Below are positions 9,492 through 20,090 of a stretch of DNA of 64,000 nucleotides, in pieces (position 1 is the stretch's first letter; each line of letters starts with the position of its first letter). The stretch spans positions 15,689-79,688 of the forward strand of contig JBGALV010000005.1 in assembly GCA_044223515.1 (NCBI GenBank), given 5' to 3'. The position numbers and the translations under genes were made by a program. A model generated the notes under the pieces. That model was not told the DNA's origin. It saw only the letters and a list, made by a program, of their open reading frames with translations, and ran no database searches. This DNA comes from Alphaproteobacteria bacterium (GTDB taxonomy: Bacteria > Pseudomonadota > Alphaproteobacteria > SHVZ01).

Positions 9492-10280
9492 TCAGGCGGC
9501 TTTGAGCCCGGCGGCGGCGAGCGCGGCACGAGCTTCGAGGTTGACGGCGAATTGGGTCGAGAAGAAGGCGCGTGCCGGCGCCCAGTAGCGGAGCGCCAGC
9601 GTCACGTCGGCCTGGGTGAAGGCTTGCACGCCGACTTCGGGTGCCGGCTCCTGCACCACCTGCGGCACCCGCGTCAGCGCGCCTTTGACCGCGGCGATCG
9701 CCGCGAGGACGTCCTGGTCGGCGGCGATCTTGAGCGTGCCTTCGACGATGCGGTGGCCGCGCGAGTTGACCAGGATCTCGCCGACGATCTGGCGGTTCGG
9801 CACCATGATGCGCTCGCCGTCCTCGCCGACCAGGAAGGTCGAGGCCAGCGTGATGTCATCGACGACGCCGGAGACGCCCTTGACCGTCACCGTGTCGCCG
9901 ATCGTGAACGGCCGGGTCAGGATCAGCGTCAGGCCCGCGCCGTAGTTGGACAGCGGCCCCTGGATCGCGACCGTGGCGCCGAAAGCGCCGGCGCCGAGAA
10001 GCGCGATCAGCGGCGCGATCGAGATGCCGAAGTTGCCGAGGGTCGCGATGATCACCATCGCCAGGATCAGGATGCGGACGACGTTGGCCGCGAAGTTCGA
10101 GATCGTGGCGTCGAGCCTGTTGCGGGCGCCGAGCTTCACGACCAGGCCCGCGACCCATTGCGCGACCTTGAGACCGATCAGGAAGAAGACGATCGCGCCG
10201 ATGATCTGGAAGCTGTAGGCGACGAGGAATCCACCGGCGACGTCGAACCACTTGTTGAGCGTGGCGATCTGCTGGTCCAT
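9492..10280 (-). CDS. Small-conductance mechanosensitive channel (MscS family)
   Basis: Three N-terminal TM helices followed by the MscS beta domain (ILTRPFTIGDTVTVKGVSGVVDDITLASTFLVGEDGERIMVPNRQIV). Only 13 nt separate it from asmA. Confidence 0.85.
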   Translation of the reverse strand: MDQQIATLNKWFDVAGGFLVAYSFQIIGAIVFFLIGLKVAQWVAGLVVKLGARNRLDATISNFAANVVRILILAMVIIATLGNFGISIAPLIALLGAGAFGATVAIQGPLSNYGAGLTLILTRPFTIGDTVTVKGVSGVVDDITLASTFLVGEDGERIMVPNRQIVGEILVNSRGHRIVEGTLKIAADQDVLAAIAAVKGALTRVPQVVQEPAPEVGVQAFTQADVTLALRYWAPARAFFSTQFAVNLEARAALAAAGLKAA

Positions 10281-10325
10281 GGGCGTACCGTCTGGTCCTT
10301 AACGGTATTCGGATACGCCGATTGT

Positions 10326-10347
10326 GACCGCGGCGCGCGCCGCGGTC
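10326..10347 (-). terminator. Perfect 22-nt GC palindrome downstream of the lipoprotein gene (terminator-like hairpin or protein site)
   Basis: GACCGCGGCGCGCGCCGCGGTC equals its own reverse complement. It lies between the lipoprotein gene stop (10383) and the mscS start (10280). There is no U tract. Confidence 0.4.
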
Positions 10348-10382
10348 CAGGCACCGTTATGCGACCGCGTGCAACCTAGCCG

Positions 10383-10937
10383 TCAGATGTCCGGCCAGAA
10401 ATCGCCGGGGCTGTTGTGGTTCTGGCCTGACGGAATGAACATCCGCATCATCGCCTGCTCGGCAATCTGGCGCACCACCGGGGCGTCCGGCCCTTCGGCC
10501 TTGGGCGCGACGGCGGCCATCGCCAGGATCGGCTGCGCCTCCTTGCAGAAGGCGACCACGGCGGTCAGCCCGTCGGTCGGGGCCTTGGCGACCGGTCGGG
10601 AGGAATCGCATACCTCTCCCGCGCTCACGCCCGGAGCGGGCGAGAACTGGACGACGAGGCGGAAGTCCGAGCGACCGGCCTGGGCCCGGTCGGTGGTGAA
10701 CTGCACCTTGAATCCGACGCCGGTGGCGCTCGCCGCCTGGGCCAGCGACCGGGCGACGTCGCCCGCAAACGGATTGTCGCGCACTTCGAGCAGCACCGGA
10801 CCCGCGGCGGCAGCGTCCTGAAGATTCTCGCGAGCGACGGCCGAACTCTGCGGATACTCGTAGGTCACGGTGCGGACCATGCCGGCGCAGCCGGAGAGGA
10901 GAACGGCGGTCGCGAAGACCGGGGCGATGAGGCGCAT
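10383..10937 (-). CDS. Hypothetical lipoprotein
   Basis: Signal peptide plus lipobox MRLIAPVFATAVLLSGC. Genome-typical GC3-rich codons. I recognise no catalytic motif. Confidence 0.7.
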   Translation of the reverse strand: MRLIAPVFATAVLLSGCAGMVRTVTYEYPQSSAVARENLQDAAAAGPVLLEVRDNPFAGDVARSLAQAASATGVGFKVQFTTDRAQAGRSDFRLVVQFSPAPGVSAGEVCDSSRPVAKAPTDGLTAVVAFCKEAQPILAMAAVAPKAEGPDAPVVRQIAEQAMMRMFIPSGQNHNSPGDFWPDI

Positions 10938-10971
10938 GGCGTTGTCCGCTCCAGGCTGGGATGGCGCCAGT

Positions 10972-11712
10972 CTACATCACGAGGCCGCCGTCGACGATGA
11001 AGGCCTGGCCGGTGGCGAAGGCGGCCTCGTCGGAGGCCAGGTAGACGGCGAGGGCGGCGATCTCCTCGGCGGTGCCGAGGCGTCCCATGGGCTGGCGGGC
11101 GATGAAGGCCTTCCGGGCCGCGACCGCGTCGGCATTGGCGTTGATGCGGTCGTCGAGCGACGGGGTCTGGATCGTGCCCGGGCAGATCGCGGAGCAGCGG
11201 ATGCCCTTGGAGACGTAGTCGGCGGCCACCGACTTGGTGAGGCCGATCACCGCGGCCTTGGACATGCCGTAGACGAAGCGGTTGGGCACGCCCTTAACCG
11301 ACGAGGCGACGGACGCCATGTTGATGATCGTGCCGCCGCTCTTCGCCAGCATCGCCGGCAGGAACGCCTTGATCATCCGGTACATCGAGCGGACGTTGAG
11401 ATTGACCGCCTGGTCGAAGTCCTTCTCCGAGGCTTCCAGGATGGAGCCGTTGTGCACCATGCCGGCGACATTGAAGAGCACGTCAACCGCGCCGACCGAC
11501 TTCGCATAGGCCTCGACCGCCGCAGGGTCGGTGACGTCCAGCTTCTTGAGGGAGACGCCCTTCAGCTTCTCCAGGCCGGCGAGCTTCGCCTCGTCGACGT
11601 CGGAGGCGTGCACGGTCGCACCCTCGCGCTGGAAGGCCTCGACCGAGGATCGGCCCATGCCCTGGCCGGCGGCGGTGATGACGCAGATCTTGCCTTGAAG
11701 GCGGCCGCTCAT
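10972..11712 (-). CDS. SDR family oxidoreductase (classical short-chain dehydrogenase)
   Basis: Cofactor motif ITAAGQGMG and catalytic YGMSK. It is divergent from the UxaA-family dehydratase gene. Confidence 0.9.
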   Translation of the reverse strand: MSGRLQGKICVITAAGQGMGRSSVEAFQREGATVHASDVDEAKLAGLEKLKGVSLKKLDVTDPAAVEAYAKSVGAVDVLFNVAGMVHNGSILEASEKDFDQAVNLNVRSMYRMIKAFLPAMLAKSGGTIINMASVASSVKGVPNRFVYGMSKAAVIGLTKSVAADYVSKGIRCSAICPGTIQTPSLDDRINANADAVAARKAFIARQPMGRLGTAEEIAALAVYLASDEAAFATGQAFIVDGGLVM

Positions 11713-11805
11713 GACTCAAGCTCCGAATTGGAAAGGCGGGTGATGGGCCGCTACACTAGGGAGAGCTTCCGAGGCCGCCAAGGCCTCTCCGCCCAAGGAT
11801 GAAAG

Positions 11806-13329
11806 ATGACCCAGCCGACCCTCACCATCCGGCTCAATCCGGCCGACACCGTCGTCGTCGCCCGTGCCGACATCCTGCCGGGAACCAGCATCCCGGGCGA
11901 GAACGTGGTCGCCAAGGGGCATATCCCGGCGGGCCACAAGATCTCGACCCATCAGGTGGCGGAGGGCGAGCCGGTTCGCCGCTACGGCCAGATCATCGGC
12001 TTCGCCAGCCGTCCGATCGCCGTCGGTGACCACGTGCACACCCACAACTGCGCCTTCCAGATGTTCGAGCGGCAGTACGAGTTTTGCGTGGAGTCGACGC
12101 CGACGCCCTACGCGACCGGCGCCGCCCAGGCGACCTTCCAGGGCATCAAGCGCAAGGACGGCCGCGTCGGCACGCGGAACTACATCGGCATCCTGACCTC
12201 CGTGAACTGCTCGGCCCATGTGGCGAAGCTCGTCGCCCGGAAGGCCGAATCGCTGCTCGAGCAGTACCCCAACGTCGACGGCGTCGTGGCGCTGACCCAT
12301 GGCCTCGGCTGCGGCATGGCGGCGGAAGGCGACGGCATGGACGTGCTCCGCCGGACGATCGCGGGATACGCCGTGCATGCGAATTTCGGCGGCATCCTGA
12401 TCATCGGGCTCGGCTGCGAGGCGAACCAGATTGGCGGCCTGATGCGCGCCCATAATCTCCAGGACGGTGCCTTCCTGCACACGATGACGATCCAGGAGTC
12501 GGGCGGCTCGACCGTGACGATCAACAAGGCGCTGGCGGCGATCCGCGAGATGCTGCCGGTGATCAACGACGTCAGGCGCGAGGCGGCGCCGGCATCGCAC
12601 ATCACCATCGGGCTGCAGTGCGGCGGTTCCGACGGCTATTCCGGCATCTCGGCCAACCCGGCGCTGGGGGCCGCCTCCGACCTCCTGGTGAAGCACGGCG
12701 GCTCGGTGATGCTGTCGGAGACGCCGGAGACCTACGGCGCCGAGCACGTGCTGGTGCGTCGCGCCCAGAGCCCCGAGGTCGGCCAGAAGCTCGTCGACCT
12801 CATGCGCTGGTGGGAGGACTACACCGCCAAGAACAACGGCTCGATGGACAACAATCCCTCGCCCGGCAACAAGGCGGGCGGCCTCACGACGATCCTCGAG
12901 AAGGCGCTGGGTGCCGCGACCAAGGGCGGCACCACCAACCTGGTCGACGTGCTGCAATACGCGGCGCCGCTGAAGCATCGTGGCTTCAACTTCATGGATT
13001 CGCCCGGCTACGATCCGGTCTCGGCGACCGGGCAGGTGGCGTCCGGCGCCAACATGATCTGCTTCACCACGGGCCGCGGCTCGGTGTTCGGCTGCAAGCC
13101 GGCACCGTCGATCAAGCTCGCGACCAACTCGATGCTGTTCAAGCGCATGCCCGACGACATGGACATCAATTGCGGCACGATCATCGAGGGCTCGGAGACG
13201 GTCCAGGCCTGCGGCGAACGGATCTTCAAGCTGATCCTCGACACCGCGTCGGGCAAGAAGACCAAGAGCGAAGAGATGGGCTTCGGCGAGGACGAGTTCC
13301 AGCCGTGGTCGATCGGCGCGGTGATGTGA
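11806..13329 (+). CDS. UxaA/GarD family sugar-acid dehydratase (altronate/galactarate dehydratase-like)
   Basis: N-terminal SAF-like domain (DTVVVARADILPGTSI...GHKIS). The C-terminal UxaA domain carries conserved Cys/His clusters (GILTSVNCSAH, LTHGLGCG, GLQCGGSD). Length is 507 aa. Confidence 0.85.
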   Translation: MTQPTLTIRLNPADTVVVARADILPGTSIPGENVVAKGHIPAGHKISTHQVAEGEPVRRYGQIIGFASRPIAVGDHVHTHNCAFQMFERQYEFCVESTPTPYATGAAQATFQGIKRKDGRVGTRNYIGILTSVNCSAHVAKLVARKAESLLEQYPNVDGVVALTHGLGCGMAAEGDGMDVLRRTIAGYAVHANFGGILIIGLGCEANQIGGLMRAHNLQDGAFLHTMTIQESGGSTVTINKALAAIREMLPVINDVRREAAPASHITIGLQCGGSDGYSGISANPALGAASDLLVKHGGSVMLSETPETYGAEHVLVRRAQSPEVGQKLVDLMRWWEDYTAKNNGSMDNNPSPGNKAGGLTTILEKALGAATKGGTTNLVDVLQYAAPLKHRGFNFMDSPGYDPVSATGQVASGANMICFTTGRGSVFGCKPAPSIKLATNSMLFKRMPDDMDINCGTIIEGSETVQACGERIFKLILDTASGKKTKSEEMGFGEDEFQPWSIGAVM

Positions 13330-13346
13330 GGAGCTTCCGAGTCCCC

Positions 13347-14303
13347 ATGACGTCCAAGCCCCCCGTGCTGCAGAACGGCCCGGTCTCCTATTCCGGGACG
13401 ATGACGAAGCTCGACGAGCTGTTCACCGCGCATAAGCTCTGGCTGGCGCCGGACAAGCTGGCGTTGGCGAGAAAAATCGCGCCTGAGATCACCTGCGCCT
13501 TCACCTCCGGCCACGATCCGATCGCGCCCGAGATCCTGGACGCGCTGCCCAACCTGAAGCTGGTCGCCTGCTTCGGCGTCGGCGTCGACGGCGTCAACGT
13601 GGGCGAGCTGACCAAGCGCGGCATCGCCGTGACCAACACGCCCGATGTGCTGACCGAGGAGGTCGCTGACCTCGGCTTGGGATTGCTGCTCGCGACCACG
13701 CGCCAGATGGTCAAGGGTGACCGCTACGTCCGCTCGGGCGAGTGGGTGAAGCGCGGCAACATGGAGATGACCTGGTCGCTGACCGGCGGCAAGACCATCG
13801 GCATCATCGGCCTCGGCCGCATCGGCAAGGCGATCGCCAAGCGCTGCGAAGCCTTCAACTTGACCGTCGCTTATCACGGCCGCTCGAAGCAGGCGGACGT
13901 CTCGTACAAGTACTACGCCGACCCGGTCGAGCTCGCGCGCGACTCGGATTTCCTGATGATCGTGACGCCGGGCGGGCCGGGTACCAAGCACCTGGTCGAC
14001 GCCAAGGTGATCGAGGCGCTGGGGCCGACCGGCATCCTGATCAACATCTCGCGCGGCTCGGTGGTCGACCAGGCGGCACTCGTGAAGGCGCTCAAGGAGA
14101 AGAAGATCGCCGCCGCCGGCCTAGACGTGTTCGAGGTCGAGCCCTGCGTTCCCGAAGGCCTCGTGGACATGCCGGACAATGTCGTGCTGCAGCCGCACCA
14201 GGCCTCCGCCACGCACGAGACCCGCGGCGCCATGGGCGACCTGATGATCGCCAACGTCCAGGCCTTCCTCGCCGGAAAGCCCCTGCTGTCCCGGGTGAAC
14301 TAG
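13347..14303 (+). CDS. D-isomer-specific 2-hydroxyacid dehydrogenase (glyoxylate/hydroxypyruvate reductase-like)
   Basis: NAD motif GIIGLGRIGKAIAKR and the catalytic region INISRGSVVDQAAL...HQASAT. The listed ORF 12618..14303 is an upstream read-through; ATG 13347 follows the uxaA-like stop by 17 nt. Confidence 0.85.
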   Translation: MTSKPPVLQNGPVSYSGTMTKLDELFTAHKLWLAPDKLALARKIAPEITCAFTSGHDPIAPEILDALPNLKLVACFGVGVDGVNVGELTKRGIAVTNTPDVLTEEVADLGLGLLLATTRQMVKGDRYVRSGEWVKRGNMEMTWSLTGGKTIGIIGLGRIGKAIAKRCEAFNLTVAYHGRSKQADVSYKYYADPVELARDSDFLMIVTPGGPGTKHLVDAKVIEALGPTGILINISRGSVVDQAALVKALKEKKIAAAGLDVFEVEPCVPEGLVDMPDNVVLQPHQASATHETRGAMGDLMIANVQAFLAGKPLLSRVN

Positions 14304-14309
14304 CGGCGG

Positions 14310-15104
14310 TTACGGTTTCCGGCCGATGAAGTAGATGGCGTCGCCGGTGTCGGTCATCTTGGCGTCGCCGAGCGTCTTTGTTTCGCGCGAGAAGACCGTG
14401 ACGAACCGGCCGAGGAAGGCGTCGACCAGCTTGCGATCGGGCCTGAGCGGGTGTCCGGTGTCGTAGCTCGTCGCGATTCCGGCGGCGATCTCGCTGTGAT
14501 CGAAATATTTGTCGTGGAAGATGAAGACGCCGCCCGGGACCAGCAGGTTCCAGACGTTGTCGAAGATCTTCCGCACGTCGAAGCAATGCTCGATCACGTT
14601 GATCAGGATCACGAGGTCGTACTTGGTCTCGACCTGCATGTCCTCGATCGGCATCGCATGCAGCTTCGCGACCGGTTCCGTGTTGCCGTCGAGACGCCGA
14701 AGCTTCATGCCTGCGTACGCGCAGTTGGGCAGCTCGAGGTAACTCTCGATCAATGGATCGAGCAGCTCGATCGTCTCGACCTTCAAGGTCGAAACCGCCA
14801 CGCGCATGTTCGAGAACGGGCCGCAGCCGAGCTCGATGCCGCGCTTGAACGGCTGGTCGCGCAGCATGAACAGGTAGTCGAAAAGGGCGTAGTGGTGCGT
14901 ATTGCGATCTTCGATGGCACCACGCCAGAGATTCAGCCAGCCGTTGGCTTCCGCATCCTGAGCCAGTTCCCAACGCTCGCGGGGGACCGCGACGACGCCG
15001 CTGTCCTTCGACAAGTAGGCGGCGTCGTTCTCGGCCATCAGGCGCAGTCGCGCCTGCTCGCCGGTCAGGGTCGTGAAGTCGCGCGTGACGAATTCGTAGG
15101 CCAT
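14310..15104 (-). CDS. Class I SAM-dependent methyltransferase (substrate unknown)
   Basis: Motif I IELGCGPFSN, post-I LLDP, and motif IV-like DLVILINVIEH...LLVPGGVFIF. It is the last gene of a glpD-SDR-MTase co-directional block. Confidence 0.75.
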   Translation of the reverse strand: MAYEFVTRDFTTLTGEQARLRLMAENDAAYLSKDSGVVAVPRERWELAQDAEANGWLNLWRGAIEDRNTHHYALFDYLFMLRDQPFKRGIELGCGPFSNMRVAVSTLKVETIELLDPLIESYLELPNCAYAGMKLRRLDGNTEPVAKLHAMPIEDMQVETKYDLVILINVIEHCFDVRKIFDNVWNLLVPGGVFIFHDKYFDHSEIAAGIATSYDTGHPLRPDRKLVDAFLGRFVTVFSRETKTLGDAKMTDTGDAIYFIGRKP

Positions 15105-15113
15105 GGGAGTCTC

Positions 15114-16094
15114 CTACGCGGCTTTTACCATGTCCTCGTCGATGAAGGCCTTGATGATCTCGTCGATGTTGGTGTCGGCCTTGAATCCGAGTCGCTTCGC
15201 CTTGTCCCAGCCGACCGTGCCGGGCCAGGTCGCGACGATCTTCTGGATCATGGGATCCGGCACCCAGTCGATGCGGCTGACGGGTTCGGGTCCTGCCAGC
15301 TTTTCCATCGCCTTCACGATCTCGTCGATCGAGTAGGTAATGGCGGGCAGGTTGCACGACCGCCACGGACCCCAGGCCTCGCCCGGCAGCTCGTGCGCGT
15401 GGATGAAGGCGTCGATCGTGCGGCGCGGCGACAGGAACGCCATCTTGACGTCGCGGGTCACCGGGCAGACGGCGCGCGTGCCCTGCAGCGGATCGCGGAC
15501 GATCGAGGAGGCGAAGGTCGAGGCCGCCTTGTTGGGCTTGCCGGGGCGGACGAAGATCGTCGGCAGCTTCAGCGAGCGGCCGTCGATGAAGCCCTTGCGG
15601 GAGTAGTCGTTGACCAGCAGCTCGCCGATCGTCTTCTGCACGCCGTAGCTGGTCTGCGGCGTCTGCGGCGTCGCGTCGTCGATCGACTTGTTGAACTCGC
15701 CGCCATACGTGGCGAGGCTCGAGGTGAAGACGATGCGCGGCGCGTGCGGCAGCTTGCGCATCGTGTCGAGCACGGCGAGCGTGCCGTCGAGGTTCACGTG
15801 ATAGCCCAGGTCGAAATCCGCCTCGGCGCCGGCGCTGACGACGCCCGCCAGATGGAAGACGCTGTCGGTTTCCTCGTCGATGAGCCGGCTCATCAGCGCC
15901 TTGTCGGCGACGTCGCCGGTCGCGGTCGAGAAACGCTTGTCCTTCGGCGCCTCGGGCTCGACCACGTCGAACAGGGTCACCTTGGTGATCGCCTCGGGCT
16001 TTCCGGAGCGCCCCGTGAGCGTGACGTTGCCGGCGAGCCGGTGCGAGAGCTTCTTGCCGAGAAAGCCGGCGGCGCCGGTGATGACGACCTTCAT
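15114..16094 (-). CDS. NAD-dependent epimerase/dehydratase family (extended SDR) oxidoreductase
   Basis: MKVVITGAAGFLG Rossmann motif and catalytic YGVQK. The start ATG overlaps the glpD stop (ATGA). The listed ORF start at 16349 is a spurious extension. Confidence 0.85.
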   Translation of the reverse strand: MKVVITGAAGFLGKKLSHRLAGNVTLTGRSGKPEAITKVTLFDVVEPEAPKDKRFSTATGDVADKALMSRLIDEETDSVFHLAGVVSAGAEADFDLGYHVNLDGTLAVLDTMRKLPHAPRIVFTSSLATYGGEFNKSIDDATPQTPQTSYGVQKTIGELLVNDYSRKGFIDGRSLKLPTIFVRPGKPNKAASTFASSIVRDPLQGTRAVCPVTRDVKMAFLSPRRTIDAFIHAHELPGEAWGPWRSCNLPAITYSIDEIVKAMEKLAGPEPVSRIDWVPDPMIQKIVATWPGTVGWDKAKRLGFKADTNIDEIIKAFIDEDMVKAA

Positions 16095-17605
16095 GAACTT
16101 CTCCTCATAAACCAGTCGGCGATGCCGGTCTTCGCCTCGGCCGAAAGATGCAGGCCGAGCTTGGATCTGCGCCACAATACGTCGTCCGGCATCCTCGCCC
16201 ATTCGCGCTCGACCAGGTAGGCGAGTTCGCGCTCGGTGAAACCGAGGCCGAAGTCGCGGCCTAGATCCCCGGCCGACCTGGCGTCGCCGACCAGGCGGTC
16301 GACCTCTGTCCCGTAAGCGCGGGCCAGGCGGTGCGGATTGGCAAGCCATGGCAGGCGCCGCTGAAGGTCGGCGAGGAAGGCCTCGAAATCGGCGTTCGGC
16401 ATGGCTCCGCCTGGGAGCGGCGCGTTTGCCGTCCAGGCGCGCTCGCCGCGGCGGAGATGCGGAAGGAGCCGATCGAGCGCGTGCTCGGCGAGCTTTCGGA
16501 AGGTCGTGATCTTGCCGCCGAAGACCGACAGCAGCGGCGTGCCGCCGGTCGAGTCCAGGTCGAGATCGAAGGCGTAGTCGCGCGTCACCTGGGACGCCTC
16601 GACGTCGGCGTCGTCATGCAGGGGCCGCACGCCGGCATAGGTCCAGATCACGTCCTCGGGGGCCACGCGCGTCCGGAAGTGACGGGTGACGACGTCACAG
16701 AGATAGGTGGTCTCCTCGGGCGAGATCGCGACCGCGGCCGGGTCGCCTGTGAACGGCTCGTCGGTCGTGCCGATCAGGCTGAAGCGGCCCTCGTAGGGCA
16801 GCACGAAGACGATGCGGCGGTCCTCGTTCTGGAGGATGTAGGCCTGTTCGCCGTCATGGATCCGGGGAACGACGATGTGGCTGCCCTTGATCAGCCGCAC
16901 GCGTTTCGGGCTGTTGGTACGCACGACCTGGCCCAGAACGTCGTTGACCCAGGGGCCGGCGGCGTTGACCAGCGCGCGCGCCTGGACCTCGGTCGTCGTC
17001 CCGGCCTCGTCGGCGAGGCGGACATGCCAGGCGCCGCCCTCGCGCCTCGCCTCGACGCAGCGCGTGCGCGTCCGGATCTCGGCACCGCGATCGGCGGCGT
17101 CTCGGGCGTTCAGCACCACCAGCCGCGCGTCATCGACCCAGCAGTCGGCATAGACGAAGGCGCGCGCGATATCGGAGGCGAGCGGCTTTCCGAAGGGATG
17201 GGCATGGGCGTCGATCCCATACGACCCCGGCAGGCGCTCGCGGCCGCCGAGATGGTCGTAGAGGAAGAGGCCCGTTCGGATCATCCAGGCGGGCCTGAGG
17301 TGCGGCCGGTGCGGCAGCACGAAGGACAGCGGCCTGACCAGGTGCGGCGCCAGCCTCAGCAGCACCTCGCGCTCGATCAGCGCTTCCCGGACCAGCCGGA
17401 ACTCGTACTGCTCGAGGTACCGGAGCCCGCCATGGATCAGCTTGGAGGAGGCGGAGGACGTCGCCGAGGCGAGGTCGCGAGCCTCGACCACCAGGCATTT
17501 GAGGCCGCGACCTTGCGCGTCGCGGGCGATGCCCACGCCGTTGATGCCGCCGCCGATGACCAGAAGGTCGTACACCCGTTGCCCCGAAAAGAAAGCGCGC
17601 AGCAT
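16091..17605 (-). CDS. glpD: FAD-dependent glycerol-3-phosphate dehydrogenase
   Basis: FAD motif YDLLVIGGGINGVGIARDAQGRG, then SSKLIHGGLRYLEQYEF. Length is about 504 aa, similar to E. coli GlpD. It is divergent from glpK. Start is ATG 17605, with ATG 17629 as an alternative. Confidence 0.85.
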   Translation of the reverse strand: MLRAFFSGQRVYDLLVIGGGINGVGIARDAQGRGLKCLVVEARDLASATSSASSKLIHGGLRYLEQYEFRLVREALIEREVLLRLAPHLVRPLSFVLPHRPHLRPAWMIRTGLFLYDHLGGRERLPGSYGIDAHAHPFGKPLASDIARAFVYADCWVDDARLVVLNARDAADRGAEIRTRTRCVEARREGGAWHVRLADEAGTTTEVQARALVNAAGPWVNDVLGQVVRTNSPKRVRLIKGSHIVVPRIHDGEQAYILQNEDRRIVFVLPYEGRFSLIGTTDEPFTGDPAAVAISPEETTYLCDVVTRHFRTRVAPEDVIWTYAGVRPLHDDADVEASQVTRDYAFDLDLDSTGGTPLLSVFGGKITTFRKLAEHALDRLLPHLRRGERAWTANAPLPGGAMPNADFEAFLADLQRRLPWLANPHRLARAYGTEVDRLVGDARSAGDLGRDFGLGFTERELAYLVEREWARMPDDVLWRRSKLGLHLSAEAKTGIADWFMRRSS

Positions 17606-17644
17606 AATCGCCCGTAACGAAAATGCCATGCTGAGGAGACGTGG

Positions 17645-19128
<1,484 letters not shown>

Positions 19129-19132
<4 letters not shown>

Positions 19133-19683
19133 GCAAGGCTTTCACCAAGGAAAACGACAGCGCCGAGGACGACGAGCTCGAAGGTGCGGAGCCGCTGCCG
19201 GCGGGCGTGAAGAACTACATCACGCCGGATGGCCTCCTGCGGCTGCAGGACGAGTTCCGGCAGCTCAAGCAGGTCGAACGGCCGAAGGTGGTCGAGATCG
19301 TCTCGTGGGCCGCGGGCAACGGCGACCGATCGGAGAACGGCGACTATCTCTACGGCAAGAAGCGCCTGCGCGAGATCGACAGGCGGCTGCGCTTCCTCAC
19401 CAAGCGCCTGGAGGTCGCGGAGGTGGTCGATCCCGCGCGCCAGACGAATCGGTCGCAGGTGTTCTTCGGCGCCACCGTCACCTATGCCGACTCGAAGGCC
19501 CGCGAGCGCACGGTCCGGATCGTCGGCGTCGACGAGGTGCGTCACGACCTGGGCGAGATCAGCTGGCTCTCGCCGGTGGCGCGTGCGCTCCTGAAGGCGC
19601 GGGTAGGGGACTCGGTCGAAGTCCGGACCCCGACCGGGCTCGAGCCGATCGAGATCGTCCGGATCAATTATGACAATGCTTGA
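19129..19683 (+). CDS. greB: Transcription elongation factor GreB (GreA/GreB family)
   Basis: [26 protein letters not shown] and the C-terminal FKBP-like domain. The N-terminus (M)SKAFTKE is typical of alphaproteobacterial GreB. The TTG start overlaps the glpK TGA (TTGA). Confidence 0.8.
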
Positions 19684-19840
19684 CCCTTTGGGAAGGTTTA
19701 GGTCTTGCGCAAGTGCCTCGGGTGATATCTTCTGGGCGGGATATTACTGCGGACTGTGGTCTGAGGCCGAAATCCCGGGCGCTCCAAAGTAAAGTCCGCT
19801 GCAGAGCAAGCAGCGCTAGTCCCTCGATCCGGAGTCAGCC
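19684..19840 (+). promoter_or_regulatory. cspA promoter plus long 5' leader region
   Basis: A 157-nt non-coding gap precedes cspA. Csp genes characteristically carry long structured 5' UTRs. I did not map an exact TSS or fold. Confidence 0.3.
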
Positions 19841-20050
19841 ATGCCGACCGGCACAGTCAAGTGGTTCAACAGCACCAAGGGTTACGGTTTCATCCAGCCT
19901 GAGGGCGGTGGAGCCGACGTTTTCGTCCACATTTCGGCCGTCGAGCGCGCCGGCCTGCGGACCCTCAACGAAGGCCAGAAGGTCTCGTTCGAGGTCCAGC
20001 AGGACCCGAAGCGCGGCAAGTCGTCCGCCGAAAACCTCAAGGCCGTCTGA
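19841..20050 (+). CDS. cspA: Cold-shock protein (CspA family)
   Basis: [34 protein letters not shown] contains RNP1 (KGYGFI) and RNP2 (VFVHI). Length is 69 aa. Confidence 0.95.
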   Translation: MPTGTVKWFNSTKGYGFIQPEGGGADVFVHISAVERAGLRTLNEGQKVSFEVQQDPKRGKSSAENLKAV

Positions 20051-20064
20051 ACGGGCGTACCGAA

Positions 20065-20090
20065 GCGAAGCCGCGTCCGCGCGGCTTCGC
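20065..20090 (+). terminator. Stem-loop 15 nt downstream of cspA (intrinsic-terminator-like, no U tract)
   Basis: GCGAAGCCGCG-TCCG-CGCGGCTTCGC forms a perfect 11-bp stem with a 4-nt loop. Confidence 0.55.

Noticed and set aside
15114-16094. Naming the extended-SDR as D-erythronate dehydrogenase (DenD-like).
   Set aside because: The resemblance (VRPGKPNKAAS-type loop) rests only on my memory. None of the companion genes of that pathway (DUF1537 kinase, decarboxylase, isomerase) is nearby, so I kept the generic family call.
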